Assembly (NCBI GenBank): GCA_002382665.1 | Contig: DFZA01000010.1 | Location: 17,589-81,588 of the forward strand | Length of the DNA stretch: 64,000 nt | Reading direction: 5' to 3' | Origin: Peptococcaceae bacterium UBA4068 | GTDB lineage: Bacteria > Bacillota > Dehalobacteriia > UBA4068 | Shown: piece by piece, positions 8,489 through 16,821 of the stretch | How the letters are laid out: each line of letters starts with the position of its first letter | How positions within the stretch are numbered: position 1 is the first letter of the stretch | The notes under the pieces: model-generated | Databases searched by the model: none | Told to the model about the DNA's origin: nothing | Seen by the model: only the letters and a program-made list of their open reading frames with translations | Translations under genes and position numbers: made by a program

Positions 8489-11400
8489 TTGCCGGTACAA
8501 TAATAATTTGCTGCGTATCAATCATATAAAGATATGTCTCTTTGACCGGCAACTGCCAGATATCGGCGATGGCGCGGCGGTAATAGGCTAATTGTCTATA
8601 ATATGTTTCCACTATCTGCTGTTCGCTTTTGCCGCGGCTGCCGGTTTTATAATCAACCAATACCAGCCCGTCGTCTTCCCTAAACACAGCGTCGATCATG
8701 CCTTGTACAATCAGCATATCATCTGCAGCAGCACCCACAAGCTGCTCTCTCCCGGGTAGCGCATAGGTGAAAGGCACTTCCCTGTAAATTTGCTCTGCAG
8801 CAATCATCCGTTTGCCCAACGGCGAGGCAAATAAAGCGAAAATAGTGGCTGGATCTGTGATTTGGGCCTCCTCCGGCTTCAATATGCCCTGTTGGGCAAA
8901 CGCTTTGATCTGATCTGTAACAGCAGTAACACTTTGACAATTGGTAATATTGATTTTCTCCAATAGTAAATGATAAACAGTACCGCGTTGGTTAGCGGCT
9001 AATGATAACGTATCGCTTTCTTCCAACGCTATTTCTTCAATCAGGCAGCTATCTTGCCGGTCATCGGCAATGATTGCTGTCTTATTTAATTCGCTGACTG
9101 TCCATTTAATCGGATAGTTGCATAAATCGGCATAAGGATAACGGTAATCCATAATTTGCTTGATGACATCCGCATGTTTTGTTGGAGATAATGCTGTCTG
9201 AGCCGCAACAGCTTGCAAACGATTATCCATAACATCGGAATCTTCACTTTGTTGATCACCTATAAGCTGCTGACCAAAACGAATCTGCCAGCAACTGTTA
9301 TCGGTAACTACAGATTGACAATGACAATCAAAACTTGCCCTGATCTCTGTGGCATCAGGATGATACAGCAGCACCATCAGCAGCCATTGCAAATAACTGT
9401 CTTTGCATTGTAAAACGTAACGGCTGAAAATTTGTTGATCTGCAGACACCAGCAAGTCTTTAAAGTATTCTTCTAATTTATCCGGCGGTTTGCTAATTGT
9501 GCCAATTAATATCAATTGGCGGGCAGCACGAGTTACCGCCACATATAAGGTACGCAAATCTTCAGCGATCGCTTCCTGATGCAATTTATCTACAATAGCG
9601 GCACGTGTCAGAGAATCAAATTTTATTCTCCGTTCAACGTCGATATTTTTAGAGCCGACACCAAAATCTTTATGCCATACTACATCGGCTTTAGCTTGAG
9701 GAAACTGCAATTTGCGGCCCAGCGACGCCACAAAAACCACAGAAAATTGCAGGCCTTTGCTTTTGTGGATGCTCATGACCCTAACCACATCGGCGCTTTC
9801 ACTAAGCAGCCGTTCACTCTCATTGGTAGAGTTTTTCTCTAAAGCGTCATCAAGCAGGTTAATAAAACGGGATAACCCGCTGAAACTGCTTCGCTCATAT
9901 TCGCAGGCTTGTTGATGCAGCGCCCGTAAGTTGGCTTGTCTCTCCTGCCCGCCCGGCAAGGCGCCACTTAATTGATAAAAACCACGAGTCTGACAAAGCT
10001 GCCAAACCAAATCGGCTAAATGACCTTTACCTGCTTGCCTACGCCAGACTGTCAACTGTTCTAAAAAGGCAGCGGCTTTAACTGATAAGGCGTCATCGCC
10101 AGCCGATGTCTGCAGCAGGCAATCATAAAAGCTTTGCTGCTTATCCATTAAACGTATCTGCACCAATTCCTCACTGGCAAAACCGGCTATTGGCGAATAA
10201 AGCACGGCAGTAAAAGGTATATCCTGCAGAGGATTATCAATGATTTTCAAACAGGACACGATTAAAGCCACTTCGGGCCGGTCAAGATAGGAAGGTGATT
10301 TATCGGCAACCGCAGGTATGCCCATTGCTAACAGCTTTTTAACTATTTCCTGATCGATATTACGCGGGGAACGCAGCAATACGGCAAAATCACGGTAATG
10401 GTAATTATATTTATCTATTAATTGACGAACGCGTTGACCAATTAATTCCGCTTCCCGGCGCGCGTCTTTGATACCGGCGCTTTCGGTCAGGTCGTCGTTT
10501 TCGTTTATCTCCGCTGTATCATCTTCATTGTTTCCGTTCTGGTCTTCCCGAGGACGGTTAAGCATCCATAATTCACAAGGATCCCCCTGGATATCACTAC
10601 CGGCAGAAAGCTCAGCTTGTTGGTTATAATCAATCTCCGCCGTTTCTTCACTAAACAGGCGGCGGAAAATGTAATTGACGCAGTTAATGATATTACAACT
10701 GCTGCGATAATTGAGGTTTAAATCGATGCGGATACCACCCTGATTGGCAGCATACTGTTGATACTTGCCTAAGAAAAGGCCGGGCTCCGCCATACGAAAG
10801 CGGTAGATGCTCTGTTTGACATCGCCGACCGCAAAACAATTATTATTGTTTTGCAACAGTTGTAATATTTGTTCCTGCACCGGATTGATGTCCTGATATT
10901 CGTCTATCAAGATTTCTGCAAATTGGCTTCTTAGGCCTTCCGCCACACCGTTTTCTTCGTCTTCTAAAACTTGCAGGCAAAAATGTTCCATATCACTAAA
11001 ATCTACCAAATTGCGGCGGCGTTTTTCCTGGGTTAAGGCCCTGTCATAAGCTATAGTCAGTTGACAAAGACCGGATATCAGCACAGCCGCTTCGCGCAGA
11101 TCGGCTAATTGTCTTTGGGGAGAACGACGGCAATACTTTTTTTGGAGTCCCGTAATAATCTCCTTGCCGGTTTTTCGTAAAGAAGCAAAGCGCTCTTTAT
11201 CATTTATCGGGGTTTGTTTATCCATAGGCGACATTCTGTCAAACTTGCAGTTAGCAAGATTAATCAACAGTTGCTGCCAACTGCCGATCTGTAACAAAGA
11301 AACAATCACTTCGTCTTCACCTAACAGTTGTTGCCTGCAGCGTTCAGCTATATTGGGGGTAGAAAGCGCCAACCTAAAATAACTATGCGCTTGTTCGATA

Positions 11401-12068
11401 TTTCTTTTTAATTCAGAAAATGCATAATCAGCAAACGGATAGTCTTCATAAGATTTGGCAGTTGTATAAATAGCTGCCGCGTTTTCTAACCACAGGCGCG
11501 GATGAGGTTGGCTACTGCTAAACGTATGCAGATCGATCACCAGTTTAGCCAGTTTATTTTGATCATTACCGCAGCCGTAGGTATCAAAAACCAAAGGCAG
11601 ACAACTATCCTCGCGGGCAAACTCCGTCTCGAAAAAACTATCAATCGCTTCATCGCGCAGCAGTAAATTTTCCGTTTCCGAGGGGATACGGAAGCCGTTA
11701 TCAAGACCCACCCGATAAAAATTCTGGCGTACGATATCGAGACAAAATGAATGAATGGTCGATATACGGGCTTGTGGCAACAATGCTAATTGGCGCAGCA
11801 GCCAACCATCTTCCCCGCCTTTTTCTTTAAGCCGCGCCGTCAACGACTCATCTATGCGTTGGCGCATTTCGTTGGCAGCGGCATTGGTAAAAGTCAATGC
11901 CAGTAAACAGTCAATATCTACCGGATCGTCATCGCGGCTGATTTTGCTGATGATCCGCTCGACCAACGCCGCCGTCTTACCGCTTCCTGCACCCGCGGCA
12001 ACCAATATGTTGCTACCACTGGTTTCGATGGCAGCTAGTTGCTGTTGGTTAAACGCTATCTTAGCCAT
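8481..12068 (-). CDS. addA: ATP-dependent helicase/nuclease subunit A
   Basis: Walker A AGAGSGKT, LTFTNAAA, IDEYQD, VGDVKQSIYRFR, MSIHKSKGL, YVAVTRA, and C-terminal nuclease QGMID..LVDYKT. Confidence 0.95.
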   Translation of the reverse strand: MAKIAFNQQQLAAIETSGSNILVAAGAGSGKTAALVERIISKISRDDDPVDIDCLLALTFTNAAANEMRQRIDESLTARLKEKGGEDGWLLRQLALLPQARISTIHSFCLDIVRQNFYRVGLDNGFRIPSETENLLLRDEAIDSFFETEFAREDSCLPLVFDTYGCGNDQNKLAKLVIDLHTFSSSQPHPRLWLENAAAIYTTAKSYEDYPFADYAFSELKRNIEQAHSYFRLALSTPNIAERCRQQLLGEDEVIVSLLQIGSWQQLLINLANCKFDRMSPMDKQTPINDKERFASLRKTGKEIITGLQKKYCRRSPQRQLADLREAAVLISGLCQLTIAYDRALTQEKRRRNLVDFSDMEHFCLQVLEDEENGVAEGLRSQFAEILIDEYQDINPVQEQILQLLQNNNNCFAVGDVKQSIYRFRMAEPGLFLGKYQQYAANQGGIRIDLNLNYRSSCNIINCVNYIFRRLFSEETAEIDYNQQAELSAGSDIQGDPCELWMLNRPREDQNGNNEDDTAEINENDDLTESAGIKDARREAELIGQRVRQLIDKYNYHYRDFAVLLRSPRNIDQEIVKKLLAMGIPAVADKSPSYLDRPEVALIVSCLKIIDNPLQDIPFTAVLYSPIAGFASEELVQIRLMDKQQSFYDCLLQTSAGDDALSVKAAAFLEQLTVWRRQAGKGHLADLVWQLCQTRGFYQLSGALPGGQERQANLRALHQQACEYERSSFSGLSRFINLLDDALEKNSTNESERLLSESADVVRVMSIHKSKGLQFSVVFVASLGRKLQFPQAKADVVWHKDFGVGSKNIDVERRIKFDSLTRAAIVDKLHQEAIAEDLRTLYVAVTRAARQLILIGTISKPPDKLEEYFKDLLVSADQQIFSRYVLQCKDSYLQWLLMVLLYHPDATEIRASFDCHCQSVVTDNSCWQIRFGQQLIGDQQSEDSDVMDNRLQAVAAQTALSPTKHADVIKQIMDYRYPYADLCNYPIKWTVSELNKTAIIADDRQDSCLIEEIALEESDTLSLAANQRGTVYHLLLEKINITNCQSVTAVTDQIKAFAQQGILKPEEAQITDPATIFALFASPLGKRMIAAEQIYREVPFTYALPGREQLVGAAADDMLIVQGMIDAVFREDDGLVLVDYKTGSRGKSEQQIVETYYRQLAYYRRAIADIWQLPVKETYLYMIDTQQIIIVPAII

Positions 12069-15000
12069 CGTTGCGCCCTCCCTTGGTCAAAGCAAATTCA
12101 CGCTCAAAACCGCAGATGGTTTTAAAATCACAATATTCACAGGCGTCAAAGCTGCGTCTTTTTACCGGTAGTGCCTCTATCAGGCCGGAGAGCATTTCAG
12201 CAGCCGAAGACTGAAGCAGTGTAATTAATCGTTGTCTTAAATCATCCATTTGCTCTTCGGTAATACCTGGGGATTTATCCCAAAAGCCTTTTTTACCGTA
12301 AGCGACAGGAATCAGTTGTGAATAACCGCTGATCGCCGGATCGGCCAAACGCACCGCCGTTTCATCAAGCACGCTAATGCCATTAAGACGGATATTACCG
12401 CTAACCGACTGATCTTCATCATCTCTGGGTGTGTAATCCTCAAAAGTATCGCGCACAGGCGCGTAATAAATACCGGCAGCCCGCGCGTTCTCGTCGGCAC
12501 CAGTAAAATAAATACTGTTGGTCAGCACCACCTGTAAATAAACGATCAACTGCAGCCGCAGTCCCTCCATGATCTCATTGATATTAAGAGAAACATTGCC
12601 TGTTTTATAATCAATAATCCGGAACCAACTTCGTCCGCTATCATCGCGTGCCATATCGACACGGTCGATAACACCATTAAGCACTAATTTGTTGCCATTT
12701 TCCAGATCAATAGTCAATGCCGGTAATGAATCAGGGCTATCCTGACCAAAAGGCAGCTCCCAGGCAACCGGCACAAAATAACCGCGCCGCATATGTTCGG
12801 CCATGATTAAAACTGCAGTTTTTAATGTGCTTTTAATCCGTGAGGTAATATATTGATAACGGGCGCTGGAGCTAAGGATATTACCTAAAAAGCGCGGTAA
12901 AACTGTCTCCATGCTTTCCCCAATCAGTTGAGTAGCAATTGCATCATCAATATCCTCCCATGCAAGCTGACGCTGATGGATAGTTCTGCCAATTTGCGCC
13001 AATACATCGTGGAATAACGAGCCCCTATCGAGAGCCGTAATCCGATAAACAGGACGAGGCTTGAGCTTCAGGCCGTAGCCGGCAAAATAGGAAAAGGGAC
13101 AAGCACGGAATTTCTCAATCCGTGAAACACTGCTACGCAAAGTATGACCGTAAAGGCGAGCAATATTTGCTGAAGAAAGCCGCTGGTGATTGGGCCGATA
13201 GAATAAGCCTTGCAACATCTGCCGCAGCAATGGCTGCATCTGTTCGTTATCTAAATACCAATTGTAAACATCCCACCAATAATCGTCAATCTCTTGCCCA
13301 GCCGCAACCTGACGCAATTGATATGCCAGTATAGACAAAGTATGCTGGCTATTGCCGAGTTCCTGGATACCTTGCGACTCCGCAGCTTGGATGGTCAGTG
13401 TTGGGAAGATCGCCTTAAGACGGCGGATCACCGCGGAAGGCGACAAAACTCCGCCCTGCTCATCGGCCAACGGATAGCTAAGAAACAGTTCTTGTGAGGA
13501 ACGGGTTAGAGCCACATAGACCAGATAATTCTCCGCTAACTGACGCGAGGTAGAACCGGCAGCCAGTTCAATACCGCAGGAAAGCAATTGCCGGCGTTCA
13601 CGGTCATTGAAGACGGCGTTATCTGTGATTTTTCGCGGCATTAAACCTTCATTAACGCCGATCACAAAGGCCGCTTTTAACTCCGGATTGCGGCTTCGTT
13701 CCAATGTGGAGATAAATACTTCATCAAGACCGGGTGGTGTCAACGATAATGTTAGACCGCTAATGCCGTTATCAAATATATTCAGCAGATGTTCCGGCGG
13801 CAGAATCGTATCAGCCAACAGATACTGCGCTTCCTCAAGAAAAGAAACCGCCAGTTGATAAATCTGCCGATCAATTGCCGAATCAACACCTTGGCCATCG
13901 GTACTTTCCTGCCACTGCCATTTATCAAGCGTTTGATAGACATTAAGCTGTGTCATCAACTGTTTTAGAGCATTGCAAACATCTGCAACAGTAGCGTTAT
14001 CAGCTAATGATGAAATAAATTGTCGTAAGGCGGCGCTGCTAAGGCGGCGCCACTCGTTAATTTGCTGTAGCTTTATCTTATCGGTAGGATTATCATTGCT
14101 TCCACCACGCCATTTTATCCAATCCTCATCAGCCAGCCAATCCCAATGATTGATACCGTTGGCTAAACAATAATTTTCCAGCCGATCCAACTGATTACTA
14201 GCAAGCGGTATTAGCCCGGTCTTAAGATAACGAAAAATTGTCGCATGCCGTGGTTGATAAACCCAACATTCAAGAGCGGCACGGATCATTTCGATCAACG
14301 GATGGGTTAACAATGTTTTTTTGCTGTCTATAAAAAAAGGTATTTGATATTCATTAAAAACTGTTAAAAGCAATTGGGCATAAGGCGTGATATCGCGGCT
14401 AATAATACCAATTTCCCGATACCGTAAACCTTGATCTCGCACCAGGCTGCGGATTTGACGGGCAATGCTCTGCAACTCCAAACGCGGATTGGTGGCACTA
14501 TTGATGCGGATATGTTGAATCTCCCCATCAAACTCAGCAGTATCATTAAAGGGGAATAAGTGCTGCTCCAAAAATGTCAGTTCTATATTTTCTACAAAAC
14601 GATAATTCTTATCTGTCAGCAGCGTTTCATTTAAAGTAAGCTTGTGATTACGAGCAATTTCCAACAAGCGCCGATAACAACACTGTGCCGGATAAAAAGG
14701 ATTTGTTTCATTGATTATTTGATCTCTGAGCCGGGGATCAAGCGGCAAAGCAATATTGACATCAGCGGCATTGGTAAATAAAGCGTTGATTACTGCCAGC
14801 TCTTTAGGTGTAAATTCACTGTAACCGTCGATATAGATAATTGCATCAGATAGAAATCCCTTTTCACGAATGGCTTTGGCTAAAAAATCCATACCGTCGG
14901 GAAAATTCTCGTAACGATTATTTATAAATTGATTATATTGACCTGCCAAAATTGTGATATCCGTCAGTTTTTTACTTAAATGTGTTCGCGCGGGATCAGC

Positions 15001-15453
15001 GTCAAACTGTGCGGCTGCATCCTGCAACTGCCGTTGGTCGATGTCCCAGACAGCAATTTCTTCAGCTGTAGCTACCAACAGTTCGGCAAATCCGCTTTGT
15101 AATTGCGGCGATGTAAAGACCTGCAGCGATTCACGGTTCTCGGTCAACAACTTACTCATCAACAGCCGTTTTCCGGCCTCAGACAACGGCGGTAAAAGCG
15201 ATTTGTTTAGCGCGGCATGAGCATTTCTGATCAAACGCCTAAAACCTGTTACTTGCACCCGGCTAAAGCCATTCAAGCCGTGCTCTGTTGCCAGTATTTT
15301 TTCATGGATAAAAGTTGCCTGTTCCGGTACGATAAAAATTATCAGCTGGCCCTGCGGCGCTTCAGCAGCTAGGCGGCTAATCTCTTCCAGACATTGATAT
15401 GTTTTACCGCTACCGGCGCGGCCTAAGATGAGTCGGCAAGTCATTTTTTTCAC
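12061..15453 (-). CDS. addB: ATP-dependent helicase/nuclease subunit B
   Basis: LILGRAGSGKT, IVPEQAT, SVSRIEKFRACPF, IDRVD..IIDYKTG, C-terminal CEYCDFKTIC Fe-S staple. Overlaps the addA start. Confidence 0.95.
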   Translation of the reverse strand: MKKMTCRLILGRAGSGKTYQCLEEISRLAAEAPQGQLIIFIVPEQATFIHEKILATEHGLNGFSRVQVTGFRRLIRNAHAALNKSLLPPLSEAGKRLLMSKLLTENRESLQVFTSPQLQSGFAELLVATAEEIAVWDIDQRQLQDAAAQFDADPARTHLSKKLTDITILAGQYNQFINNRYENFPDGMDFLAKAIREKGFLSDAIIYIDGYSEFTPKELAVINALFTNAADVNIALPLDPRLRDQIINETNPFYPAQCCYRRLLEIARNHKLTLNETLLTDKNYRFVENIELTFLEQHLFPFNDTAEFDGEIQHIRINSATNPRLELQSIARQIRSLVRDQGLRYREIGIISRDITPYAQLLLTVFNEYQIPFFIDSKKTLLTHPLIEMIRAALECWVYQPRHATIFRYLKTGLIPLASNQLDRLENYCLANGINHWDWLADEDWIKWRGGSNDNPTDKIKLQQINEWRRLSSAALRQFISSLADNATVADVCNALKQLMTQLNVYQTLDKWQWQESTDGQGVDSAIDRQIYQLAVSFLEEAQYLLADTILPPEHLLNIFDNGISGLTLSLTPPGLDEVFISTLERSRNPELKAAFVIGVNEGLMPRKITDNAVFNDRERRQLLSCGIELAAGSTSRQLAENYLVYVALTRSSQELFLSYPLADEQGGVLSPSAVIRRLKAIFPTLTIQAAESQGIQELGNSQHTLSILAYQLRQVAAGQEIDDYWWDVYNWYLDNEQMQPLLRQMLQGLFYRPNHQRLSSANIARLYGHTLRSSVSRIEKFRACPFSYFAGYGLKLKPRPVYRITALDRGSLFHDVLAQIGRTIHQRQLAWEDIDDAIATQLIGESMETVLPRFLGNILSSSARYQYITSRIKSTLKTAVLIMAEHMRRGYFVPVAWELPFGQDSPDSLPALTIDLENGNKLVLNGVIDRVDMARDDSGRSWFRIIDYKTGNVSLNINEIMEGLRLQLIVYLQVVLTNSIYFTGADENARAAGIYYAPVRDTFEDYTPRDDEDQSVSGNIRLNGISVLDETAVRLADPAISGYSQLIPVAYGKKGFWDKSPGITEEQMDDLRQRLITLLQSSAAEMLSGLIEALPVKRRSFDACEYCDFKTICGFEREFALTKGGRNDG

Positions 15454-15536
15454 CAGACTTTATAAAATAATTGTCATATTATAGAAAAAAGTAATAAATA
15501 TATATTCGTTTTAATTAGATTTTTCCCTTTTGATAT

Positions 15537-15722
15537 GACAAGAGCGCCATCTAAGATGGCGCTCTTGCATGTAGATTATTATACCTCTGCTTCTCTCTAC
15601 TATTAAAATAATATGTCCAATCCGCTACAAATAGCAGCGGATTGGACGCACTTATAAATTTGGTAAAGGTTTCTTTTGTCCTTTGTCGGACAAGAGCGCC
15701 ATCTAAGATGGCGCTCTTGCAT
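15537..15722. repeat. Two identical 34-bp palindromic units flanking a third hairpin
   Basis: GACAAGAGCGCCATCTAAGATGGCGCTCTTGCAT at 15537-15570 and 15689-15722. Between them lies GTCCAATCCGCT-N9-AGCGGATTGGAC. Confidence 0.9.
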
Positions 15723-15755
15723 TTTATAAGCTTATCAAAAGCTATTGTTACCGGT

Positions 15756-15929
15756 TCACTTTACACTTGAACCCGAAGAAGAACTGCTCATATCGAAGGT
15801 TTCACAAGCAGTCTCATCAGCGCAAGACGGCTGCAAGGTGTTGGATGAACGAACCTCGATTTCACTGGCATGGCAATTATTAGATTTGTTATATTTGCAT
15901 TCCTCTACAAGACATTTAATATCAGGCAT
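15756..15929 (-). CDS. Small Cys-rich DUF1540-like protein
   Basis: MPDIKCLVEECKYNKSNNCHASEIEV...ETACETF; RBS AAGGAGGTG. Confidence 0.75.
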   Translation of the reverse strand: MPDIKCLVEECKYNKSNNCHASEIEVRSSNTLQPSCADETACETFDMSSSSSGSSVK

Positions 15930-15968
15930 GTTTTCACCTCCTTTTGTCAAGTTCAGTTAATCGATTTA

Positions 15969-15998
15969 TATCTTGCCCAAAAAGAGGATAAAATTTGC
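15969..15998 (-). promoter_or_regulatory. Possible forespore sigmaF/sigmaG-type promoter
   Basis: GCAAA-N15-GGGCAAGATA on the minus strand resembles the B. subtilis sigF consensus (GYWTA-N15-GGnnAnAnT). Confidence 0.35.
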
Positions 15999-16013
15999 AT
16001 TTAATAAAAATTT

Positions 16014-16700
16014 TTAAATCTCAATAGTATCGTTTGAATTTAAAATCAAACATTTACTTTGGGTATTATTTTCTAAATTTTCTTTAAATTGATTGACATC
16101 CTGTTTTATAACCGGGAAAGTATTATAATGCATAGGAATTACTGTCTTTGCTTTCAGCCACTCGGCGGCAACAACGGCATCCTCAGGTCCCATTGTAAAG
16201 TAATCGCCGATCGGTAGCAGCGCATAATCAATATTATATCGTGATATCACTGCATTCATATCGCCAAAAAGCGCCGTATCACCAGCGTGATATATGCACA
16301 AGCCATCCGTACGAATAACAAAACCGCAGGCCAAGCCACCATATACTCCGCCTTTGCTGAAAGAGGAACTGCCATGCCAGGCCGGCACCATGGTAATGGC
16401 AACAGATTTAACAACAACTGTTCCGCCCATATTGATGCCTTCGGTTTTTATACCGTCACAATCAAGCGAATAAATAAGATCGGAAATGCTGACAAGAGTC
16501 GCACCACTGTTACGGGCAATAGTCAGTGTATCTTCCATATGATCCATGTGACCGTGAGTGACAAGGATTATTTCAGGATTAAAGTCCTTCCATGATTTTT
16601 TGCAACTGGGATTATGTGTAATAAAAGGGTCGATTAATATTTTAACACCCTGCGCATTTTCCAACTGAAAACAGGCATGTCCCTCATAACATAACTTCAT
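16014..16700 (-). CDS. Metallo-beta-lactamase-fold hydrolase (UPF0173/YtkL-like)
   Basis: GHACF, IDPF, THGHMDH, YHAGDT, LPIGD..TMGP, IPMHYNTF. Start placed at ATG 16700 after AGGAG. Confidence 0.85.
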   Translation of the reverse strand: MKLCYEGHACFQLENAQGVKILIDPFITHNPSCKKSWKDFNPEIILVTHGHMDHMEDTLTIARNSGATLVSISDLIYSLDCDGIKTEGINMGGTVVVKSVAITMVPAWHGSSSFSKGGVYGGLACGFVIRTDGLCIYHAGDTALFGDMNAVISRYNIDYALLPIGDYFTMGPEDAVVAAEWLKAKTVIPMHYNTFPVIKQDVNQFKENLENNTQSKCLILNSNDTIEI

Positions 16701-16774
16701 CAAAATCACTCCTATGCTTGTTTAATTAATATGAATTATTATATCATAAATAAAAAAATATTTTCAATATATAA

Positions 16775-16804
16775 AAAGCAGGACACAAAATTGTGTCCTG
16801 CTTT
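16775..16804 (-). terminator. Intrinsic terminator after ppdK
   Basis: AAAGCAGGACACAA-AA-TTGTGTCCTGCTTT perfect stem, with a T-run on the minus strand. Confidence 0.85.
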
Positions 16805-16821
16805 CTGCTTTAATCATGCGA

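Noticed and set aside
15537-15722. Palindromic direct repeats as a CRISPR array
   Set aside because: There are only two copies, the spacer is 118 bp (far above 25-45 bp), and no cas genes are present.
15513-15722. Short minus-strand ORFs starting MQERHLRWRSC in each palindrome
   Set aside because: They are a by-product of the repeat sequence, have no well-spaced RBS, and are under 40 codons.
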